A DNA stretch of 62,880 nt, filler included, from Collodictyon triciliatum (Eukaryota): assembly GCA_043381765.1 (NCBI GenBank). It is 18 parts of 18 records of this genome, joined end to end, with 100 filler letters (N's around TTAATTAATTAA, not from the genome) between each part and the next. Parts side by side here need not be neighbours in the genome. Positions count along the whole stretch, not along the records: positions 52,492 to 55,891 come from JBHJMP010007402.1; positions 55,992 to 59,386 come from JBHJMP010007403.1; positions 59,487 to 62,880 come from JBHJMP010007404.1; 15 more parts are not named here. One strand, given 5' to 3'. The position numbers and the translations under genes were made by a program. Positions 53,625 to 62,880 of the stretch are shown here, one piece after another; positions within the stretch are counted from its first letter, which is position 1; the number at the start of each line of letters is the position of its first letter. The notes beneath the pieces were generated by a model. The model was given only the letters and a program-made list of their open reading frames with translations, made no database searches and was not told the DNA's origin.

Positions 53625-55712
53625 ATGGACAACACAAAGAAAACACAAAGAAAACACAAAAGAAATTCTCCTGCGGTATCTGACAACGAAGAGCATCTGC
53701 ATGAGCTCCAAACCCTCACCAAAGATGAGAACACAGCCGCACTACTAGCACGCAGACAACTGAATCTCAGGGTCAAGGATCTTCAAACCATCCCACTTGG
53801 TGTCTACGAATTGAAGAATCTGGCCCGGTTGGGGTTTCAAAAAAACCGGCTGGCGTCTTTACCTCGAGACATATCGCGCTTGACGTCCCTCACGTCTTTA
53901 TGGCTCTACCATAACCGACTGGAGACCTTGCCCCCAGAAATATCATGCTTGACAGGCCTCATGAAGCTCGATGTTTCATCAAACGGTTTGACTTCTTTGC
54001 CTCTTGAGCTATTTACGCTCACCCGTTTGGTCCACTTGTCCATAGATAACAACCTTCTTTCAGCTCTACCGGTTGAAATGTATCTTCTCCGTGGTATGAC
54101 GAATTTGAACCTCTGCGGGAATAGGTTGACCTTACTCCCACCAGAAATATCATGTATGTCGGGCCTCAAAAGGCTGACCCTTGGAGGCAATCATCTGTCC
54201 ACGCTGCCGCCAGAATTGTGGCTCTTGACCCGTCTTAGTCTGCTGGATATCGGTCTCAACGCTCTATCATTTGTACCCTCGGGTATATCACGCTTGACTA
54301 ATCTCAAGATATTTTGCATGAGTGATAATGCGGTTTGTATTTTGCTTTTGTTCTTTTGTTCTTTTGTTCTTTTGTTCTTTTGTTCTTTTGTTCTTTTGTT
54401 CTTTTGTTCTTTTGTTCTTTTGTTCTGTTGTTCTGTTGTTCTGTTGTTCTGTTGTTCTGTTGTTCTTTTGTTCTGTTGTTCTTTTGTTCTTTTGTTCTTT
54501 TGATCTTTTGATCTTTTTCTATTTTCTATTTTCTATAATTCTTTTTCTTTTTGTTTTGTTTTGTTTTGTTTTGTTTTGTTTTGTTTTGTTTTGTTTTGTT
54601 TTGTTTTGTTTGTGCTAGTTATATGGCTAATAGAACATCTTCGTTAGGTTGACGAGCTTCCACCACAGATATCCTTACTAAAGAATCTGGCTAACTTAGT
54701 CATCGAATTCTACGAGAACACAACCATCCGCAGAGCACCACGGGGAATATCAAGTCTCCCGTGTTGGAGTCGCGAGAAGGGTAAAAATTACGAGTGTATT
54801 CGCGGGTTGGATCTATACGACACGGTAATATCATTAGAGAAAAATATATGAAAGAAAGATGCCGCAAGATATCATGCCTTCCCTTTATATGGTTCAAACA
54901 AGGCCTCATAATGTAATATCACCTTTCATTTGGAAAACCAGATTGGCCCGACCATAGACCCACAATGGACGCCTAGCAAGCATGAAATCAGGTTCAAGTC
55001 GCTGAACCTGAGTGGCATGAATCTAACAGCTTTACCCCAGAGCATTACAAGGATGACCAACCTGACATACCTGTCGCTGAGAGGAAATCTTGTAAATATT
55101 TCTCGTTTTCGAATGTTGTTGGACAATATACGAAACATGCCACTCTCATGTATTCATTCTCGCTAATGTACATCTCATCTACATAAATAGCTCGAAAAGC
55201 TGCCTGAGTCTGTTTGTTTCATCCCTTCGATTGTCCACCTGGATGTGTCATACAATAAGGTAGATATGTATTCATCAATTTTGAGCGATTAGTTAAGGAT
55301 TGTTTCTCTTCATGCGCATTGGTATCATGAAAATGTGAGCTCTTAAGGGGTAAAGTGTTTTAATTATTTTCTGCTGACAGTTGACCGCCATACCCGAAGA
55401 AATAAATATGCTGCAGAACCTAGAAATACTGAATATCTCTGAAAATGACGTAAGTTTTACAAGCTACACCATTATATTATGAACTATTAAGCAGAAGCTC
55501 TTCAATCTTTCCTCCTTAATTACAGATATTAAGTTTGTTTGATTTTTGATCATTTATGTGACGTATACACATCTAATTTTTCATTGTGACGTCCACGCTG
55601 TAAGGTTTCTGGATTGCCTGTATTTCAGGCAAAAGAGGACAATCTGAAGAGGGAATCTGAGCTCGATAATACTAACACAGACCCTCAAAAACCACGCAAG
55701 AGACGTCGGTAG
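53625..55712 (+). CDS. Cytosolic LRR protein (LRR family member 3); about 6 exons, basic C-terminus
   Basis: First exon has about 8 LRRs (e.g. LTSLWLYHNRLETLPPEISCLTGL). Then VDELPPQISLLKNL..TIRRAPRGISSLPCW, a second LRR block (SLNLSGMNLTALP, LDVSYNKLTAIP, LNISEN), ending PQKPRKRRR*. Confidence 0.88.
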
Positions 55713-55834
55713 GAGAGTGCATGTAAATGGTATTTTCCCTGACGAAAGTACTACCATGAAAACAAAATAATAAAGAATGAATTATGGATTTTTGTTTTTT
55801 CTTTTTCTTTTCTTTTTTCTTTTTTTTTTTTAGT

Positions 55835-55888
<54 letters not shown>

Positions 55889-56191
55889 CTTNNNNNNNNN
55901 NNNNNNNNNNNNNNNNNNNNNNNNNNNNNNNNNNNTTAATTAATTAANNNNNNNNNNNNNNNNNNNNNNNNNNNNNNNNNNNNNNNNNNNNAAAAAACAA
56001 AAAACAAAAAACAAAAAACAAAAAACAAAAAACAAAAAACAAAAAACAAAAAACAAAAAACAAAAAACAAAAAACAAAAAACAAAAAACGATAGTATATA
56101 TTTTCTAAAAACGAAAAAATAAAGTTACTTTGGTTCTAATTATTTGAGGGTTTACTATTATGTATTTGATTTTAATTACTCTTCACATCTA

Positions 56192-56254
56192 AGCGAATCA
56201 AAGCCAACATCTCCACCATCCTGCACAAAATTGAAAGGAAGAATAAAAAAATAA
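56192..56254 (+). mobile_element. ~60-bp extreme 3' tail of LINE family A
   Basis: AGCGAATCAAAGCCAACATCTCCACCATCCTGCACAAAATTGAAAGGAAGAATAAAAAAATAAA matches 5492-5545 and 38911-38973. Confidence 0.6.
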
Positions 56255-58661
56255 ATTACTCTTTACATCTTTTCCTTCAGCCAGCAGCAACCGATATGAG
56301 CCATATACAAGGGCATTCAGGTAATATCGGGCTATTGATCTAAACTCCGTGATAACATATGCACTATGAAGGTTGTCATTTATAACTTTTATTAAATTTC
56401 CTTTTTCCTTTTTCCTTTTTCCTTTTTCCTTTTTCCTTTTTCCTTTTTCCTTTTTCCTTTTCCTTTTCCTTTTTTCCTTTTCCTTTTCCTTTTCCTTTTT
56501 TCCTTTTTCCTTTTTCCTTTTTCCTTTTTCCTTTTCCTTTTCCTTTTCCTTTTCCTTTTCCTTTTTTCCTTTTTCCTTTTCCTTTTCCTTTGTTATTTAT
56601 ATTTACACTTATTTGAGATTCATAGTGAATTATTTTACCAACATAAAAAATTAGTAATGAATTAAATATGTCACAGTTTTTTAATCAAAAGCTTATTTTG
56701 TTGATCTAAGAACCTTAATCTAAGCCCTTTTTTGAAGACATTCCAAGACCAAAAGGATATTATTTTAAGAAGATTTTTGAATAAAAAGTAGGATATGTTC
56801 TCTTAGAAGGCCTCTCACATGATGGAATCCAAAATGATCATTTTTAATTTTTTTTATTGTTTACCAACTTTAATTTTTCAGCTTCTTGCCTTTCTTTCAT
56901 TATTTCTATGATTTAAATCAAATGAATTTACTATAACCACAAGGATATATTTCATCTCTCCAAGGATCTGTCATTTTGTTTTTCATGAAAATATTAGATT
57001 ACAAATGTCAATATATGAATTCTACTATTTAAAACCTTCATTTCATCTTCAATTTAAATCAGATTATTGGTCTTTTTTAACAAATGAATATTTTATTATA
57101 ATCTGAATAAAAATAAATTATGCGGATTAACTATGTATCGTTTTATAATCGAAGACATGATATAGCAGGTAAATTTTCTTCTACTTTGGAAACTTCTGTA
57201 AATACCAGAAAATGTAGGAACTGCTGTAGAATGGCTTCGAATTCTTTTTTATTTAAAAATCCATCATAAAATAGTTTTTCATTTAAAGATAAATGAATCC
57301 ACTTAAAACCAAATAATTAATTCAAAAACATGAAAAAGCACATAAATTTTTATTAAATATTACCTATTCTTCATTTATTAGACGTTTCGATTTGTGTGAT
57401 AAATTCGGAGCGAACACGACTCTGCAGCCACTTGATGATCATGAAGACTAAATATTACTTATCAGGTTAATATTTGTAGAAATAATTTAAAAATAATGTT
57501 ACCATCCCTTTTGTACAAGAAAGAGTCAACTTAAGAGCAAAATAAATCTTACAAGAACCCGCATAAAGAACTATACTTTTTCAAGGTTTCATCGATATTT
57601 AATGAATTTATATTATAATATATATAATGGAAACACAACAAGCATCTTTCTATCGAAAGTAAGGCGAATCGGCAATATGAGGTTCTGAATTTTTCACCAC
57701 CTTTTTCACATTTATAAGATAAATAAAAATTTCGATAATATGAAAATGTGATTAATGTCCTGTAATACGCATATCAACCATATATTTAAAAATAAACTTA
57801 TAATTTTTATTCACATTTTACAAGGATTCTTACATTTTGGTCTATCAATCTAATTATATTGAAATTCAAGAAAATATAATTTTTTAATTTTATTAAAAAT
57901 TGTTTCATGTTTCATTAATTATTTAATTAATCATCTTTGTAAAAATTGATAGGAAATCATATTCAGAAGCTCACTATTGTTCATTTAAAATTCCTTCAAT
58001 TTTGATTATAAATTGGATGCAATTAAAATCATATCAGTTAGTGCATCTATTTTCTATTTTATTGTGTTATTAATCGATTCAATGTGCACTAATGACATTC
58101 TATGAATTATGTGAAAGGAATTTTATCATATGAATTGAATAAATATTCTCATTTAATTTTAAACAATTGAAGATTGTTGCCAAAAATTAATAAAATCGAA
58201 AAAAACTCAGAGTGATGAATTTATCCAAATATGATTCCCGTTTATTCCATTCCATAAAGATTTTCTATCAAATTATCGTTTAAGCAACAACAATTACAAC
58301 TAGGCAATAAAAAATAATATGAACAAGTAAAATAAAAATATTAAGCAAAAATCTGGGATTCATGACCAAAGTTACAGTTTAATTGGAAATCCACAATTTT
58401 CGACTTTATATCCACACTCTAAATACTTTATACATATCGAATGTGTAAATTATTTTTCTTTCTTCCAAAAATTTTGGTTTCTAATTCACAAGCTTGTCAT
58501 TTTGATAGAAGAGGAAACTAAAAATACTGGAAAAATGCACAGCATTTCAAAAAAGTGCATTTCTATGAATCAAATATCACGTCATATATTGAGAATATTT
58601 GCATCCTAGTCTATTGAATTTGATTAAACATTTCATTCATTTGAATTTATCAAATAAAAGG

Positions 58662-59250
58662 ATGCTGAATCTGTTTGTATTGCCTCTCTTCATGGCTACT
58701 TTGGTGATATCATCAACGTCACTCCGTCACTACGATAGGTATGCCTTTACATGATATTTCTTTATTTTAAATTAATGTTTGATATTCCAGAGCCAGTTGC
58801 CAGCACACAAGGGAAGATCTGCTTCTAATGAGTATGGACGAAGCTTTCGAAATACTACTGAAACATTACGATGAATCATGCCCTTTGATAGAGGATTACG
58901 ATAGGATCAAGTCGGAGCTAGTTGATGTCAACCAACAAGAAAAAAATTACAATTCTGGTAAAAAAATCGGATATTGGAATGTTGTTGAGAAGCAAAAATC
59001 TCTTCAATTCGATTTTTATAAAACTGATATCCGATCTGAGGCTGAAAAAATCAACGATAGCGTAAATTTTGATGGAGGATATGTAGAAGAAAACAACAGT
59101 CCTAGTCAATTTCAAATACTTTCCCAACTTTATAATTTACTCAACGGAGACAAATGGTATGACAATTCTGAGTGGAAGAATGAGAGCACTCCAATTTGCG
59201 AATGGTTCGGTTTACAATGTGATCCATTCTGTCCTGAAGAAGATTACTTG
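58662..59250 (+). CDS. Secreted/surface protein with signal peptide and plant-type LRR N-cap; first two exons (58662-58738, 58791-59250)
   Basis: MLNLFVLPLFMATLVISSTS signal-like segment; ILSQLYNLLNGDKWYDNSEWKNESTPICEWFGLQC fits the LY...G..W....W....C.W.G..C cap; TTG|gtgag donor. Confidence 0.72.
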
Positions 59251-59486
59251 GTGAGTTAAAAAATGTATTATTCATATGATTTAAAAATTAAAAATTAAAA
59301 ATTAAAAATTAAAAATTAAAAATTAAAAATTAAAAATTAAAAATTAAAAATTAAAAATTAAAAATTAAAAATTAAAAATTAAAAATNNNNNNNNNNNNNN
59401 NNNNNNNNNNNNNNNNNNNNNNNNNNNNNNTTAATTAATTAANNNNNNNNNNNNNNNNNNNNNNNNNNNNNNNNNNNNNNNNNNNN

Positions 59487-62386
59487 AATCATTTTGTGAT
59501 GAATGTGCGCGAGTGAGCGCTTGGACTGAAACAGAGATACGCGTAATGATTTCAATCATCGAACGAGATATATTTTTTTCCCTTATATTGGATGCTCAGA
59601 AGATTTTTTGTATAGTTTTTTCTTTTTATTCACGGCAACCTTAGCTCTTGGCAGCCCTGCCAATAATCCTTATGGATAATAATCTCATGAAAAATAAGTC
59701 AACACTCGATGTATTTTGATATTCAGATTTACAGTGTGATTCGATGGATATATCCAATAGCTGCGCTATGGATTTACAATAAAAGGAGGAAGCGTGCTGA
59801 CCTTTTGAGGGATTATTGCGAACATCAATATGATAACAAATTCATCAGCGAAACTATATCTCGGACCTTCATGTCATCTTTAAAATTCGGGCAGTGCAAC
59901 AATTACTCCTTGGCTGTAATAAAATTCCATTTAAATAATTTTTATTTATTTATTTATTTTCTATTAAAAATTTTTTTCACCAATTCTCATACTTTATTAT
60001 CTTGTAAAAAATCATGAAAACTGATGACTTTTTTTTTAATACCTTATTAATTTCAGCGTCAGATATTTGCCTTATAATAGCAGAAAACCGTGATATTGAT
60101 AGTTCTCTGCAAAATATATTTAGTGGGTCGATGTGTTAGACTACAACACTCGTGATGGAGAGATACCAGAGTTACCCCTCACTCTTGCTTTAGGTATATT
60201 TTCTTTTGGATAAAAATGTATTACCTGTTAAATAGTGCTATTAGATCGAAATATGCGCCCCTTTTCGCATCACACCGACCATGAATGGCATTATGTGCGA
60301 CTTACTTGCCCTGCTTATACATTAGCTGGTGACGGAGGGCTTCATTCGCCCTACTATATCGACATGAACGATTCTGTTGTCCAAGCAATCGCGACATTAC
60401 TTCCGTAAACCAAATATTGACTTTAAAATAAGTCTTTATATGTCAATACGATGGAATGAATCAAACCATTTCTTCAAGAAATACTATACTGAATGTGATA
60501 AACCATTTGTCCAGAATTCAACGTAGAGGACAATGGAAAAGGTACATCCGTGGGCTTAACAGCAATCTCCGACTTGTGCGACGTTTATTTATCAGCCGAA
60601 CCATCGGTCCGTTGCTCACATATATGATTGTCAAGAATCGAAAGCTGTTCAACGAGTTTGGTATCCAATGTTGTCTTAGTATCTTCAAGCTGGATGAAAA
60701 CAAGCCTCGATTTGTAAGCTCTTCAGTAGAATTCACATTCTTTTGTTTTATCCATAGCTACTCACATTTACATGTTATTACCTCATCATCACTTACAGTA
60801 TTCTTTTTTTATATTTAACTTACGCAATCTGGCTACAATTTCTTTGTTTGAAGGCGTTGATTGTGGACAAACTGGATGCTGGTCAACCAAACCATACACA
60901 GTCGTTTGATGCTGCGCTCAACGAATTGCTTTATTCATATCCTGAACCACAAGCCGCTGCTCTGATTCCAGATGAGAACAAGAAACCAAAAATGAACCGG
61001 ACAAGAACAAAATCTTTGCTTGATATTGCACAAAAAACGCGGCGTAAGACCATTCGCTATTATCTTCCGACCAATTACAAAGCTCCGGGCGGTCGACAGA
61101 CGGTGTTTGGTGAATATGAAGAATTAGATTCTCACGAATGTGATGAATCCATTCCAACTACTAGAATTATATTAAGTACATCAGACGATGCGTTGAATGA
61201 CGTTTCTCCAAGTAAATGACTCCGTTTCGCCTTTCATAGTCATATATCGGTTCCATATTTTACATTTTTCTTTTTATTAATTTCTTGATAGGCTAACTTT
61301 TCTGTTTTTACTTCTTAACATGATGTAAATGAAGATGAATTCACGCTTTTGAAGTGGATTTTATCCCTCGGATTTGAGCTACTCTTCCCCATATATAACC
61401 CTTCATCTCACATTCGCCGGTGGTCTGTCCTTACGCTAGTTCTCATCATTTTGGATTTGGTTAGTTGATTTACATTATACCATCCTGAAGCGCTTAAAAA
61501 AAAACCGACATTTATTTTCTTCTGGTGGAAAAAAATTGTGCATTCAGTTTCTTTTTCAATAATATTTATATTATATCACAGTATTATTTTTTAATATAAT
61601 AATAACGGTAATACATTGATACCATTACTTAGGCATGTACAATCTTTGGGATTTCAATGTCTTCCATTCACAGTGATGCATACGGCTACTTTGTTGCTCT
61701 GCTTCCACCTTTTTTGCCTTTGACCTTTGTTCTTGGCGTTGGATGCATCTTTTATGAGAAGCCTTCATGGGGTGTATTGGTAAGCATATGGAAGACAATA
61801 GACAGGGATAATAAGAAAAAATGAAAATGATTCAACATAGCCTTCAATTATAAATAATGAATTCCTTGTTTTCTCTCTCTCTTTTTCTCTTTGTAATTAT
61901 TATAGTTTGGGACGTGCGTCTCTTTTTCCCTACTGAACTGGACATGCGCAATCGTACCTTTCTTCACGTATCACGACCACTTTTCTTCAAACTATTGGGC
62001 CTTTTTCTATCTGGGATGGTTAATGGTGAAGGTAAGAGACCGCTTCCTATGATTCATTCTCCATCAACCAATTGACATGATTATTTTCAAAAGACTATCA
62101 TGACTCTCATATTTGGGACATCACGCCAAAAAACCATACTTTAATATGGCTATATGATAGCTATATATCTTTTTCTTTTTTTCTTTCTTACCTGTTGTTA
62201 TATGTGTGTTTAACAAATTGTCGTGTTGCTCGACTTTTATAGATTGCCTCCATCCATTCAATGAGTGTCACAGTCGCATCCATCGAAGTTGATAAGTACG
62301 CACACGAGGCTGACAGCGTGGACACATTCGAGCATTTTGAAGGCTCCTTTTCGCGGTCCTCTGCGTTATCGTTCTCGAGTCAGTAG
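59487..62386 (+). CDS. C-terminal half of a multi-pass membrane protein homologous to an uncharacterised plant family (Arabidopsis At5g11700/At4g32920-type); 5' end off-contig
   Basis: FCDECARVSAWTETEIRIYSVIRWIYPIA..RRKRADLLRDYCEHQYD..SRTFMSSLKFG; AGDGGLHSPYYI..D; WKRYIRGLNSNLRLVRR; several TM exons; TVASIEVDKY..SSQ*. Motif order matches my recollection of that family. Confidence 0.65.
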
Positions 62387-62880
62387 CAGTGGTGGCCATA
62401 CTTGATCTTGCCATCATTTCTAAGAGCAATTGAGACCTTCCGCAGCATTTTTACAATCCTTTTTATTTCCAATTAAATTTCTGTGTTCTTTTTCATAGAA
62501 AAGAAAAAAAAATTAAAATATATATCTTTTCCACGGAGAACTTAACCCCGAATGGATTTAAATGACACTCAAGCGAAGGCGCTAAAGAGCAACAGAATAT
62601 ACAAATAAAATAACCCGACAGAATTTAATTTTGTCGATAATAAAACGAATCTTCCTTTTTTTATTATTATTAATTATGGTTGATTAAGTTGCATATCCAG
62701 TCAAAGACATAAATTGCGGGAGACGAAAAGAGAGTTTGTAGAAAAGTGAGTCCTATAGATAAAGGGAAGTCTTATATATCTTCTTTCCTCTTGGTGGTTA
62801 ATCAATTCATCAGTTGGCGAGGCTGGTGCGAGCCGGCTGCATTTCGTAGATGCACTGCTGGACAAATTAATGCGTCAGCT

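Overview
This window is not one continuous locus. It is 18 unrelated contigs of about 3.4 kb, joined by 17 artificial 100-nt spacers (N44-TTAATTAATTAA-N44), so adjacency across a spacer means nothing. The DNA is from an AT-rich, intron-rich eukaryote, probably a protist, though the taxon cannot be fixed from this sequence. It uses the standard code and GT-AG introns, and many contig ends are microsatellites. Hand-splicing supports complete or partial genes for: a 4-TM claudin/amastin-like protein, a RING-Bbox-Bbox-coiled-coil (TRIM-like) protein, three related cytosolic LRR proteins (one fused to a kinase), a Med18-like protein, a RAD5/16-type SNF2 helicase, a TRAF-zinc-finger/WD40 protein, an NHL-repeat protein, an ABCC transporter, a CaMKK-family kinase, an ARM-repeat protein, a TDP2-like EEP nuclease, a stand-alone PLOD-type glycosyltransferase, PUF60, a NACHT-like NTPase, ALAD, a secreted protein with an LRR N-cap, and a homolog of an uncharacterised plant multi-pass membrane family. 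There is also a RidA pseudogene and debris from non-LTR retrotransposons. Two observations stand out. (1) An interspersed repeat with a terminal hairpin and A-rich tail lies within about 200 bp of the start codon of all three LRR-family genes, on three independent contigs (the third copy is short and diverged). (2) A two-tier tandem array in which a ~55-bp minisatellite has amplified from one segment of a ~270-bp satellite unit. All family assignments come from motif recognition by eye; no database searches were run.
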